NCBI GenBank assembly: GCA_963666985.2
Contig: CAXXIA010000002.1
Span: 1,088,001-1,152,000 of the forward strand
Source of the DNA: Spirochaetia bacterium
Lineage (GTDB): Bacteria > Spirochaetota > Spirochaetia > DSM-2461
Reading direction: 5' to 3'
DNA length: 64,000 bases
The position numbers and the translations under genes were made by a program. Shown one piece after another: positions 29,334 to 39,677 of the stretch (the stretch's first letter is position 1; every line of letters begins with the position of its first letter). The notes beneath the pieces are model-generated. The model ran no database searches and was not told the DNA's origin. It saw only the letters and a program-made list of their open reading frames with translations.

Positions 29334-30458
29334 ATGAATATCCGCAGACCGATCGTTGCAGGAATCCTGCTCGCGGCCATAGCCGCAATGGTATCGGGCC
29401 AGACAGCCCTCGGCGTCATCAGCTATTTGGAAGGCGATGTCGGCGTTCTCCGGGACGGCGAATACCTGAACCGAAAGCTTATCGACATCGGACTTGAAAT
29501 TGCGGAATTCGACACCGTTGAAACCGGATCCGACGGCTATATCGAAATTGAAATGGACGCGCCGAGTGCCGGATCGACCGTTAAGGTCCGTCCCGATACC
29601 TCTTTCTATTTCGAAGGAACACCCCGCGAATCAGCCCGATTCCAAACGACATTCCAGCTTCTCAGGGGATCGTTGGGACTCAAGGTCGGCAGACTGGCAT
29701 CCAGCGAGGATTACCGCGTCCAAACCGATACGGCCGTAATGGCGGTCCGCGGAACCGAATTTAACGTCGATATGGCAACCGACCGCTCCGTTCTTATCTC
29801 CGTACCCGAGGGCCGGGTGGAAAGTAAGACCGAAACCGGAACCGTAACGGCGCAACCCGGAACCGTGGCGGCGCTTGATTCGTCTTCTTCAACCTTGGAA
29901 GCGGTGGCCGTCGAGGCCGAGGATATTGAGCTCTATAGGGAATATTGGAGCGAACTCCGGCTCGAAGCATTAAAAATCAACGCGGGTCTTTCCGTTCAGC
30001 AGTACGCCCGGCAATGGGAAAGACAGCTTCCCAGGCTGGAAGCGGCGATGGATGAACTTGCTTCCCATAAAAGGATTTTCGAAAAGTGGTATAAAATCGC
30101 CGCCGGAGAACTGTCTGTTCCGAGCAGGGGCGATGCCATCCGCGATAAACAAGCTCTGAGCCGAGGCATGCTGGAACTGCGCGCGTCGCTTCCCGTCGCG
30201 GAGCGAACCTTTGAAACACTGAAGGGGCTTGAAGACGCGGTAAATCAGGGATTCGTCCAGAATCGGCTTCCGGTGGGAAGTTATCAAAATGCCGCGGCTT
30301 TTTACAGAGCGTTTCAGTCCGATAAAAGAAATATGAGCCAAATGCTCAGTACGGCCCGTCGCATGGTCCGCGTTTACAGAATCATCGGCAGGGTCAGCGG
30401 TGATATCGGCGATTCCTCAAGCGATCTCGACATTATGTCCGGAACTCCCGGCCTATAG
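29334..30458 (+). CDS. Secreted FecR-domain protein
   Basis: Signal peptide, GDV, DTVETGSDG, VQTDTAVMAVRGTEF and V.EG.V, followed by a helical C-terminal half. Confidence 0.8.
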   Translation: MNIRRPIVAGILLAAIAAMVSGQTALGVISYLEGDVGVLRDGEYLNRKLIDIGLEIAEFDTVETGSDGYIEIEMDAPSAGSTVKVRPDTSFYFEGTPRESARFQTTFQLLRGSLGLKVGRLASSEDYRVQTDTAVMAVRGTEFNVDMATDRSVLISVPEGRVESKTETGTVTAQPGTVAALDSSSSTLEAVAVEAEDIELYREYWSELRLEALKINAGLSVQQYARQWERQLPRLEAAMDELASHKRIFEKWYKIAAGELSVPSRGDAIRDKQALSRGMLELRASLPVAERTFETLKGLEDAVNQGFVQNRLPVGSYQNAAAFYRAFQSDKRNMSQMLSTARRMVRVYRIIGRVSGDIGDSSSDLDIMSGTPGL

Positions 30459-30654
30459 TTTTGGGGAAAGACGATCCCTTAAGCCAGAGCGTTTTTTCTT
30501 CTATGGCGAACCGACGCCATAAACCGCTGCCGATCTCTTGATAAAAACGATCCGCCGTATGCGGCAGAGCGATACACGGCCGAAGATTCCGCGATGGGAA
30601 TCGCTCTCCGGCCGAAAAAACCGACCAAGTGCATGACGTTAAGGCCCGAGGGAC

Positions 30655-31758
30655 CTACACGTTGAATTTAAAGTGAATGATATCACCGTCCCGAACGGTG
30701 TATTCCTTGCCTTCCATCCGAAGCTTTCCGGCCGATTTCACCGCCGCTTCACTGCCGAGAGTAAAAAGATCGTCGCAATGATACACATCGGCCTTGATGA
30801 AACCGCGTTCGAAATCGGTATGGATGAGTCCCGCGCACTGCGGCGCGGCGGCACCGTTTTTAAACGTCCAGGCGCGATTTTCAACGCCCCCGACGGTAAA
30901 GAAGGTCCGCAGGCCGAGGGTTTCATAGGCGCTTTTAATCAGACGGGAAAGGCCTGATTCGGCGATGCCCGATTCTTCCAGGAACACGGCCCTCTCTTCG
31001 GGATCGTCCAATGCGGCGATATCGGCCTCCAGCTTTCCGCTGAGTACAACGACTTGAGAGTCCTCCTCGGCGGCCAAGGCTTTCACGGCCTTCACCGGTG
31101 CGGACTCGCCCTCAAGATCATCCTCGCCGACGTTGCAGACATAAATCTGCGTTTTCGCCGTAATCAAAAACAAATCGTGAAGCCGCTCGGCATCATCGGA
31201 GGCAAGATCCATGGACCGGACGGGGCGGCCTTCGCCGAGATGGGCGGCGACGCGTTCCAGCAGCGCCTGTAAAGCCAGAGCTTCACCGCGGACCTTGGGA
31301 TCGGCGGCTTTAATCTGCCGTGAGTTTTTATCCTGACGCTTTTCCACCGACTGAAGATCGGCCAGGGCAAGTTCGATGTTGATGGTTTCAATATCGGAAA
31401 TCGGATCGACTTTGCCGTTCACATGCACAACATCGTCGTCCTCAAAACACCGGACGACATGAGCGATGATGCCGACGCTCCGGATGTTGGAAAGAAACTG
31501 ATTTCCCAGTCCCTCGCCCTTTGAGGCGCCTTTAACCAAACCGGCGATATCCACGAATTCCGTAACGGCGGGGACTTTTTTATCGGCTCGAATCATATCG
31601 TGAATACGATCCAAACGCACATCGGGCACCTCGACGATTCCGACATTGGGATTGATGGTGCAGAACGGATAATTAGCCGCTTCGGCCGGTGCCGAAGTAA
31701 GCGCCGAGAAAATGGTTGATTTGCCGACGTTCGGCAGTCCTACGATTCCACAGTTCAC
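30655..31758 (-). CDS. ychF: Redox-regulated ATPase YchF
   Basis: GIVGLPNVGKST, NYPFCTINPN, DIAGLV and IHTDFERGFI. GTG start at 31758. Confidence 0.97.
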   Translation of the reverse strand: MNCGIVGLPNVGKSTIFSALTSAPAEAANYPFCTINPNVGIVEVPDVRLDRIHDMIRADKKVPAVTEFVDIAGLVKGASKGEGLGNQFLSNIRSVGIIAHVVRCFEDDDVVHVNGKVDPISDIETINIELALADLQSVEKRQDKNSRQIKAADPKVRGEALALQALLERVAAHLGEGRPVRSMDLASDDAERLHDLFLITAKTQIYVCNVGEDDLEGESAPVKAVKALAAEEDSQVVVLSGKLEADIAALDDPEERAVFLEESGIAESGLSRLIKSAYETLGLRTFFTVGGVENRAWTFKNGAAAPQCAGLIHTDFERGFIKADVYHCDDLFTLGSEAAVKSAGKLRMEGKEYTVRDGDIIHFKFNV

Positions 31759-32122
31759 GGCCGGAATGATACCGGGAGAATCGCCGCGAGGGAAGGGCTT
31801 CAGCCGCCGGTGAGAAAAGCCTTGGGTTACGGATTCGCCAAGTTGATGATAATCGCCGCCCAACATCCGACGTCAAAAGGATACGCGAGGGGGGGGGGAC
31901 TTCCATTAACCGAGATGACTTCTGAGATAACTTCAAAGTCCTTTTAAACGGACTCAAGGGGACGGTCATCGGATAGAGGCATTTTCATGAATGATGAAAT
32001 TGCCTCTATTTACCTTGCCGCCGAAAAACACCGGCCGACCGCAAAAGCTGTCCCGGAATCGGAGAACTCAACCTCCGGGACAGCTTTTGCGCTCATTGAA
32101 CAACGCCGCGCGTTGGAAAATT

Positions 32123-32308
32123 TTATTTCATTCCCGGTTTGGCCTCGAACGCCGGGCAGTCGCGATTATTCGCCATCCGCACCTCCAGACTGGGCAGCCG
32201 CCGCGATTTGATTCCGAACAATCGGCATCCTTTGGGGAAAGAAGGGTCCCAAGTAACAAAGTAATGCTTGCAGCGAGGGCAGAATGGCGGCGGACCGAAA
32301 ACGTTCAC
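32123..32308 (-). CDS. Small Cys-rich protein, 61 aa
   Basis: MNVFGPPPFCPRCKHYFVTWDPSFPKGCRLFGIKSRRLPSLEVRMANNRDCPAFE. TATAAT lies 7 nt before the GTG. Confidence 0.7.
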   Translation of the reverse strand: MNVFGPPPFCPRCKHYFVTWDPSFPKGCRLFGIKSRRLPSLEVRMANNRDCPAFEAKPGMK

Positions 32309-32657
32309 GCGGAATATTATACAACCCGATCCTTGCAATGAGATACGAAGAGAGGCAAAACGCAAAAATAATCGGTTCGAGGGAATGCGAAAACGGCTGC
32401 CTTGCGGAATGAGTGCATGAATATTTATATTCCGATAAAAAATCGGGGCGAATGATGCGGCAGCGGCCGGGATTTCGGCGCCTCCTTCGGAATCCGAGTG
32501 CCTGCGCCCATCGGATTCCAACACGTTCTCAAACATTGAAACCGGTTCGCCGCTCAGCGATGGCGCCGTTATTTCCCGGATGTTAACGAAAGATGATCCT
32601 TGTATGTGCAAGCCGTTAGAATCTATGATGATATTAATAAAAATGAAGGAGACATGC

Positions 32658-33569
32658 ATGAAAATTTTTCGAATGACGACACTGCTGATCGTTCTTATTT
32701 CGTTGGTTTCTCTCGCCTTTCTCGGAGGCTGCAAGAAAGAGGCCGCGCTCGGGACCGAAGAGAACCCGATCATCTGGTCCTTTGTGCCCTCCGGAGACAC
32801 TCAGAAGATCTCCGCCGGAGGCAAAGAAGTCTCCGATATGATCTTTGAAAAAACCGGACTGGTTGTTGAAGCCAGCGTTGCAACCGAATATGCCGGCGTT
32901 ATTGAGGCGCTCTCCTCCGATCCGCCCAGCGCCCACATGGCCTCTCTGGCCACCTTCGCCTACGTCGTGGCCGCCGATCGGGGTGTTTGTGAAGCCGCGC
33001 TGGTAAGCGTTCGATACGGCCGCCCCTTTTACGACGGTCAAATCATCGCGGGAGCCGATACCGGCATTAAAACACTGGCCGATCTTAAAGATAAATCCTT
33101 TGCCCGCCCCGACCCTCTCTCCACCTCCGGATGGATTATTCCCAGTCTGACCATGCGGGCCAACGGCATCGATCCCGATAAAGACCTGGAAGTCGTGGAC
33201 GCGGGCGGTCATACCGCCGTCGTAACCGCCGTATATAATGGCGATGTGGATGCGGGAGCCACATACGTGGATGCCAGGGGAAACCTTAAGGAAGATCACC
33301 CCGACGTTATGGAAAAGGTTAATGTCATTGAAATCTCGGCTCCCATTCCTAACGACGGCGTCCAATTCAGTCCCGCCGTTCCGGAAGAGATCAGGGAGAA
33401 AATCGTTGAGGCTCTCTTGGAAATCGCCGCCGACGAGAAGGGCGTTGAAGCTCTGAACAAGGCCTATCAGTGGACCGCCCTCGAGCGCCACGGAGACGAA
33501 TTCTACGATCCTTTCCGCCAAGTTCTGCAGGCCGCCGGCGTGGATGCCGCATCCCTGCTGGGCGACTGA
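32658..33569 (+). CDS. phnD: Phosphate/phosphite/phosphonate ABC transporter substrate-binding lipoprotein
   Basis: Lipobox LGG-C, EYAGVIEAL, DPLSTSGW, GGH.A and IPNDG. Confidence 0.9.
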   Translation: MKIFRMTTLLIVLISLVSLAFLGGCKKEAALGTEENPIIWSFVPSGDTQKISAGGKEVSDMIFEKTGLVVEASVATEYAGVIEALSSDPPSAHMASLATFAYVVAADRGVCEAALVSVRYGRPFYDGQIIAGADTGIKTLADLKDKSFARPDPLSTSGWIIPSLTMRANGIDPDKDLEVVDAGGHTAVVTAVYNGDVDAGATYVDARGNLKEDHPDVMEKVNVIEISAPIPNDGVQFSPAVPEEIREKIVEALLEIAADEKGVEALNKAYQWTALERHGDEFYDPFRQVLQAAGVDAASLLGD

Positions 33570-33655
33570 TTCCGAATAACGTAAGCGGCTCCCTCGGGAG
33601 CCGCGACTCCTCATTCAACCGTTTTGCATTAAATTTAATTCCGGGAGTTCATCCT

Positions 33656-34446
33656 GTGTTGGAATATAAAAATCTCTATAAAACCTATCCGGACGGTACC
33701 GAAGCCCTCAAAGACGTCAGCTTCGAAGTGGAAGACGGAGAATTTCTGGTCGTTATCGGACTTTCAGGTTCGGGAAATCCACACTTCTTCGATGCACCAA
33801 TCGTCTGATCAACCCGACTTCGGGACGGATTATTTGGGACGGAACGGATATCGCGTCTCTTCTTCCGAATGAGCTCCGTCCCATCCGCCGAAAAATCGGA
33901 ATGGTGTTCCAGCACTTCAACCTGGTTAAGCGTCTGAGCGTAACCAACAATGTTCTCTCGGGCCGACTGGGTTATACAAAAAACGGCTCCAGCTTGTTCT
34001 ATCGTTTTTCCGAAGAGGATAAAGAAAAAGCCGCCGCGGCTCTGAAGCGGGTTGGGTTAAGCGAACAGGCACATAAGAGAGCCAGCGAGCTTTCGGGAGG
34101 CCAGCAGCAAAGAGTGGGGATTGCCCGGGCGCTGATGCAGGAACCCAAAATTATCCTGGCCGACGAACCGGTCGCCAGTTTGGATCCGGTTCTGGCTCAT
34201 ACCATTCTCGGCGACCTGGAACGCCTGAACAAAGAAGACGGCATTACGGTTATCTGCAGTCTCCACTATTTGGACTTGGTTCAGCGGTACGCCACACGGG
34301 TTATCGGCTTAAGAGACGGCCGGGTGGTTTACCGGGGAACGGGAGAAGACATCCGCCGGATGACCGATGAAGAATTCAAGGAAATCTACGGCGAAGAAGC
34401 AAAAAGAGTCAGCGCCGGACCGACGATAACGGGGAAACCGGCATGA
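33656..34446 (+). CDS. phnC: Phosphonate ABC transporter ATP-binding protein; one apparent -1 indel in Walker A near 33775
   Basis: YPDGTEAL, GLSGSG/KSTLLRC.NRL, MVFQHFNLV, LSGGQQQRV, ADEPVASLDP and SLH. Confidence 0.9.
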
Positions 34447-35954
34447 ACGATAAGATTATCAAAGAAAAAGGTGCTTCCGCGGTTTCTCCTCCCCTTGCCG
34501 CGATTCTTTCCTTCATCATCCCCGGTTTGGGGCAGACGTTCTCGGGATTTATCCGGCGCGGTATCCTGATTCTTCTTTCCGCAGGCTCCATGACGGGAAT
34601 TATGATCTGGCGCATCGTGGATCTGGGATACAGGGCCGGAGTCGGATGGCCGGTCTTCGTCCGGGCTTTCGAACGCCGACCGGTGTTCGTCTTCATTATG
34701 ATCTTCTGCATCGCGGCGGTTTGGCTCCTGTCGGTGCGCGACGCTTGGATCTGCGCCAAGGAGCGGCGCAAGCCGTTTTTCGGGGTCTTTTTGGTGGTGC
34801 TCCTGGGATTTTTCATTCAAGGCTGGCAGATCGCCGAAATCGACCCGGTCCGATTCGTTATCGAGGCTCCCGAGGCCCTGGGGCCCCTATCCCGGGTTAT
34901 TTGGCCCTGGAAGGCGGCCATAACCTTCGATGAAAGAAACGTCGCCGCGAACGCCCAAGTCCTCGACGGTGAAGGAGAAGCTCCCGTTCGGGCCCCGAAA
35001 ATCGAGGGACGGCCCTATCTGCACGTGGAACCGAACGTCGGGGCCCTCACAACTCAAGACGAAAACTACAAGCCCGTGCCGGGAACAAAGGTAACCTTGA
35101 CCGGTACGGACTTTGAACCGAATACCATCACGGAGATTTGGTGGATTGATCCGGTAAACAATAAATTCCGTCCCAGGGAAAACAAGGAATATCTCCAGGT
35201 TACAACGGATTCCGGCGGAGCCTTCACAATGGAAATGACGCTCCCCTATGTCATGGTTTCCGGCGATAAAGGAACAAACTTCATTCATACGATCGAAGCC
35301 CGGCAGACCTTTAAAATCGGCGGTCCGAAAGCTTCGGATGCTCTGAAGCAGACTCTGGCCCTGATGGTGGAAACCATCTTCATGGGCATGATGGCCACCA
35401 TGTTCGGCATCATTCTCTCCATCCCGGTGAGTTTCCTGGCGGCCCGCAACATCATGTCGGGCTCCAAAGTAACCCTCGCCATCTACTACCTGACCCGGTT
35501 CATCTTAAACGTCATCCGTTCCATCGAGCCCCTTATTTGGGCGCTCATCGCCGTGGTCTGGGTGGGATTGGGACCCTTCGCGGGAATTATCGCCTTAACC
35601 CTCCATTCGGTGGCGGCTCTGGGCAAACTCTACTCGGAAGCCATCGAAAGCATCGACCAAGGTCCCATCGAAGCCGTTGAAGCCACAGGCGCCACACGGC
35701 TGCAGGTTATCCTTTTCGGCGTGATTCCCCAGATGATCTCACCCTTCATTTCCTTTTCGATTTACAGATGGGACATCAACGTCCGTATGTCCACGGTTAT
35801 CGGCATGGTGGGCGGCGGCGGGATCGGATTTATTCTGATGCAGTACATCCGCCTGCTGGATTACCGTTCGGCGGGAATCGCCGTGTGGTTCATCGCCATT
35901 ACCGTGGCCATTCTGGACTATGTGAGTGCGGAAATTCGAAATCGGCTGATGTAG
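34443..35954 (+). CDS. phnE: Phosphonate ABC transporter permease, extended (503 aa)
   Basis: C-terminal PhnE core (LAARN, IRSIEP, GLGPFAG, GKLYSEAIE, YRWDINVR.ST.IG.VGGGGIG), with extra N-terminal TMs and a soluble insert. Confidence 0.85.
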   Translation: MNDKIIKEKGASAVSPPLAAILSFIIPGLGQTFSGFIRRGILILLSAGSMTGIMIWRIVDLGYRAGVGWPVFVRAFERRPVFVFIMIFCIAAVWLLSVRDAWICAKERRKPFFGVFLVVLLGFFIQGWQIAEIDPVRFVIEAPEALGPLSRVIWPWKAAITFDERNVAANAQVLDGEGEAPVRAPKIEGRPYLHVEPNVGALTTQDENYKPVPGTKVTLTGTDFEPNTITEIWWIDPVNNKFRPRENKEYLQVTTDSGGAFTMEMTLPYVMVSGDKGTNFIHTIEARQTFKIGGPKASDALKQTLALMVETIFMGMMATMFGIILSIPVSFLAARNIMSGSKVTLAIYYLTRFILNVIRSIEPLIWALIAVVWVGLGPFAGIIALTLHSVAALGKLYSEAIESIDQGPIEAVEATGATRLQVILFGVIPQMISPFISFSIYRWDINVRMSTVIGMVGGGGIGFILMQYIRLLDYRSAGIAVWFIAITVAILDYVSAEIRNRLM

Positions 35955-36096
35955 AGCCACAAAAAAACCGCGGCGCGGCTGAACATTCGGCGGCCTCTCG
36001 GACGGAAAAACAATATTGACCGGGAATACTTCGGTTCTATGAGGTTCGCCGAACAGCCGAATCGGACAACTCCGGTTCGGCGGAATAAGTATCGCG

Positions 36097-37659
36097 CTAC
36101 TTTTTGTCCTTGCTGTAAAGCTGAAGAAGCTGGACCAGATAATAGATCTGCGTATAAACCTCCGCCATCTGTTCATCCACGGGAGTTTCGGCCCATCCTT
36201 CGATTTCCTTCCAATTGATTATAATCTCCTGGCCGCCGGCTTTATATTCCTCAAGCAGCTGCTTGATGGACTTGCCGAGAGAGATAAGATTCTGAGCCGA
36301 GGTGTTGATGATCTTCTTCGCTTCGTTATTCACCTCTTGCAGAACAGCCTTCAGATTCACAAGCGCGGATCTGTCGCGTCCCGATTGTCTGAGGATGCGC
36401 TTTAATTTCGAACCGACATTTCCATCGTCCGACAAACTCATATCGAACTCGGTCAGCTTATCGGAAAGAGACAGAAGCTGATGGTAAGACTCCGAGAACT
36501 GCTGGGAACTGATTTTCGTCGCCCATTTCCCCTGAATAAGCAGAAGATCCACAAGCACACGAACTTTACTCTTGTAATAATCCAGAAAGAAAGCTTTTAA
36601 GAAGTTAATCGGCTCCACGTACAAGTATCCGGAAACCATCTTCTTGTGATAGGTCAGATTTTCCCGTTCCGTATAATACTGAGTCCTGCTGATTGACGTT
36701 GTTCCGAAGAGTTTTGTCAGCAATCCGTCGATCTGCTTCTTTCTCCGATCTCTTAAAACTTCCTGAATCGTCAGATCGGCCGCTGTTTTAATTCTGGTGT
36801 AATAATCCTCGACAATCTCCGTATTACCGCCCGTCGGAACCAAGACCCAAGACGGATTTTCTTCAAGATGCCGGATAATCAGTTCAAAAACTCCGGTTTT
36901 TATCATCTCCTTGCGGCTCTGCATTATTTTCTTCCATGCTCCGGGAGAGATAAGGTCCATATCCCTATAAGACTTCAGCACGCCGAAGAGAACGTCCCAA
37001 TCGGCGTTGCCGTCCAGGGAATAAAAAACATCAAGAAAATCAATCAGATCGTCTTTTATGTATTCCGCGTTGATGGCTTCAAAATGCGGATTGTAGGTAA
37101 AGTCCCGGTCGGGAAGCATCGAATCGAATTTTTTCAGAAGAAAATGGAATGGGAACCGGCAGAATTCCTGAAGCCGGCTCAAGTCGTTATACAGTTTGTT
37201 GATTTTCTTTGCGGTAACGGCATCCAGGGCGGAATAAAGACGAATCAGATTTTCTTTTACCGATTCTCCAACCTCCTTAACGCTTTTACCGCTTTGAACG
37301 TTCTCTTTAATCTTCTCCGGATTCAAATCGGGAAGGCTTTCCCTCACATCCTTCGGAAGAAAGCTTTCAATGAGGGTTGTTTTGAGGAGTTCCGAATTCC
37401 CATATTTCTCCAGAAGAATATCCGCGGGACCGACCACTTTATAAATCTCGTGGAACCACTTGGCCATTCCGGGCTGAGCCAAATCGCCCTTTACACGGTA
37501 AAATTTACTGCGTTTGGAGAGTTCCTTGGCGATGTCCTTCAGCTGCCGCCGCTTCTCTTTATCCAAATCCGATGAAGAGAGAAGACCTCCGAAGAGATTT
37601 GAAAGAAATTTAAGAAAACCGGATTCGGATTTCGAGCCCTGTCCGGATGATGTAGCCAT
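36097..37659 (-). CDS. Hypothetical helical protein, 520 aa (spirochaete-conserved, DUF5312-like)
   Basis: Long ORF with good coding bias. Motifs EKRRQLK.IAK.L and FPFHFLLKKFD recalled from a spirochaete family. Confidence 0.65.
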   Translation of the reverse strand: MATSSGQGSKSESGFLKFLSNLFGGLLSSSDLDKEKRRQLKDIAKELSKRSKFYRVKGDLAQPGMAKWFHEIYKVVGPADILLEKYGNSELLKTTLIESFLPKDVRESLPDLNPEKIKENVQSGKSVKEVGESVKENLIRLYSALDAVTAKKINKLYNDLSRLQEFCRFPFHFLLKKFDSMLPDRDFTYNPHFEAINAEYIKDDLIDFLDVFYSLDGNADWDVLFGVLKSYRDMDLISPGAWKKIMQSRKEMIKTGVFELIIRHLEENPSWVLVPTGGNTEIVEDYYTRIKTAADLTIQEVLRDRRKKQIDGLLTKLFGTTSISRTQYYTERENLTYHKKMVSGYLYVEPINFLKAFFLDYYKSKVRVLVDLLLIQGKWATKISSQQFSESYHQLLSLSDKLTEFDMSLSDDGNVGSKLKRILRQSGRDRSALVNLKAVLQEVNNEAKKIINTSAQNLISLGKSIKQLLEEYKAGGQEIIINWKEIEGWAETPVDEQMAEVYTQIYYLVQLLQLYSKDKK

Positions 37660-37778
37660 GAACTTACTCTAGGAGAGAACTCAAACCGCTGTCAACGATT
37701 ATTGCCGTTCGAACGGCTTTAATCCTTACCTATGCAGATTTTCCGAAGGACGAGGAAATCGCCGCATCCTGCCGTTCT

Positions 37779-38279
37779 TTAATGTATCAGACCTTTTGTA
37801 TCCGACGTCAAAAGCTGCCCCAAATTCTCAAGTTCTTTCATTCGCTTGAAAACCGGCAGCTTATACTTGTGCGCCAGTTTGTCCGCGGCAACGGTTCTTA
37901 TATAGAGATTATTGATTTCATCGGCAAGGATGGAAAGATTGCTGTTCAGATTTTCGAGCGCCATTTGCTCGCGAATCCGATCCATCTGAGGCATTGTTTC
38001 TCCGGAAAGATTATATTTCATCTTCGGAAGAAACTCCGTCCGCGCCTTATAGGACCACATGGAAAGTCCCAATATTCCGCGATACAGCTCGTCGAAGAGA
38101 TAACCGTTTATCCTGTAGCTTTCGGAATGCGAAAGGAGGACGTCCATTCCGGACTGGTATTCATGTTCTATCACGATCCGCGACAAGGATTTCCGAATAA
38201 AAGCATTCTGCATCATCGTATTCACATGCTCCGCGATCTTCTCAATCCGGATATTGATTTCATAATCCTGTACAGACAT
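37779..38279 (-). CDS. Hypothetical protein, 166 aa
   Basis: ATG after GAGGGAG, and the ORF fills the gap between neighbours. Confidence 0.65.
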   Translation of the reverse strand: MSVQDYEINIRIEKIAEHVNTMMQNAFIRKSLSRIVIEHEYQSGMDVLLSHSESYRINGYLFDELYRGILGLSMWSYKARTEFLPKMKYNLSGETMPQMDRIREQMALENLNSNLSILADEINNLYIRTVAADKLAHKYKLPVFKRMKELENLGQLLTSDTKGLIH

Positions 38280-38366
38280 ACACTCCCTCGAATACTCATT
38301 ATAGCTTTGAATTCATACAGGTGGAACGGGATTGACTCGGAACTCGGCTCTCCATAATGTGAGTTC

Positions 38367-39581
38367 ATGCCGAATTCTCCACGCTTCCGGTCAGCCGTAT
38401 TATCGGTTTTATCGCTCTTATTCCTCATGCTCCCGACAATATCTTCATGCCATCACGGCTTCAAGAAGCTCCATATTCTAACCGACAGGAAGGAAATGGC
38501 ATCGGTTGTTGAAATGTACGGTGCCCTGAACCCCGGATTAGTCGTTACATTCCGTTATGTCGATTCCATCGACACGGAAGCAATTAAAGCGGAAAATCCC
38601 GATGTTGTTATAGGGGCCGATCTCTCGGCCCCGGAAATCACCGAAATGCTGCACGGCCGTGAAAACACGGAATCGGACGAATACCGCGGATCCCCGAACC
38701 TTACCCCGCTCTCTTTCGAATTGCCGATTATTGTCGGAACGAAAAAAACAATGGCCGCCCTGCCCGATCCGGTGACCATAAAAGCCGAAGAACTTCAACA
38801 TGCCGCCGCTTCCCTTACCGCCGCCGATAAAAACGGCCGACTGGTCCGCCTCGGCTTCTCGCCGGCCTGGAATCCCTCCACGTTCATCGATCTTCTTTTA
38901 ACCGAAGACATTGATGCTCTGGACTTCGAGTCCGGAAACGTTGATGAAGAACTCATCGGGAAGACAATGGAAAAGATTAAGCGGTGGAGGGAATCCATTC
39001 CCGGCGGCAAAGAAGCCGACTCGGCATTCGACGAAAAATACCGCTACATTCCGGATTTAAGCCTGATCTTGGAAGAGCGGATTTTTTTCGCCCGATCAAG
39101 TTTCGGCGAATGGGCGATTCTTCCCGAAGAGATGGCGAAGAAACTGGATATCCGTTATTTCAAGGGTGAACGTCATATACCGGTTATCTCGGTTGTATCC
39201 GCGGGCATCCCCCGTACTTCGAAATCCATCAAAGAAGCCGAAGAACTCATCGCCTGGCTGACCGAAGCGGACTCTCAGATTGCCCTCATCAACAGATGGG
39301 AACGTGACAATCTTGCCGTTTTCGGCTATTTCGGCGGTCTTTCATCCAACCGTGAAGTAAACGAGAAGGTTATTCCAAGTTTTTTCCCCGCGTTTCAAGG
39401 CAAAATTCCGGAAAGCCATTATTTGGCCGTGCCCGATTCCGTTCCCTGCCACTGGAAAAGAATCCGAGACGAGGTTGTGTTTCCCTGGTATAAGGCGGCA
39501 TTAACCGATTCTCCGCGCACCCCTTCCTTATCCGAGGCTTATTACAAATGGGATCTTTCGTCGCTGAAAGGAACCGACTGA
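38367..39581 (+). CDS. Lipoprotein resembling a degenerate ABC solute-binding protein (family 1)
   Basis: Lipobox-like ISS-C, PDVVIG, and GIP..SK..KEA..LI.WL...SQ, which is typical of SBP_bac_1 C-termini. Confidence 0.6.
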   Translation: MPNSPRFRSAVLSVLSLLFLMLPTISSCHHGFKKLHILTDRKEMASVVEMYGALNPGLVVTFRYVDSIDTEAIKAENPDVVIGADLSAPEITEMLHGRENTESDEYRGSPNLTPLSFELPIIVGTKKTMAALPDPVTIKAEELQHAAASLTAADKNGRLVRLGFSPAWNPSTFIDLLLTEDIDALDFESGNVDEELIGKTMEKIKRWRESIPGGKEADSAFDEKYRYIPDLSLILEERIFFARSSFGEWAILPEEMAKKLDIRYFKGERHIPVISVVSAGIPRTSKSIKEAEELIAWLTEADSQIALINRWERDNLAVFGYFGGLSSNREVNEKVIPSFFPAFQGKIPESHYLAVPDSVPCHWKRIRDEVVFPWYKAALTDSPRTPSLSEAYYKWDLSSLKGTD

Positions 39582-39677
39582 TTTCAAGAGGGCCGAATCC
39601 GTGAATTTGACAGTTGTCCGGGAACACGCTACCCTGTTTCACAATAAAATAAACCCTTATAAGGGGAGGTATGCCCA

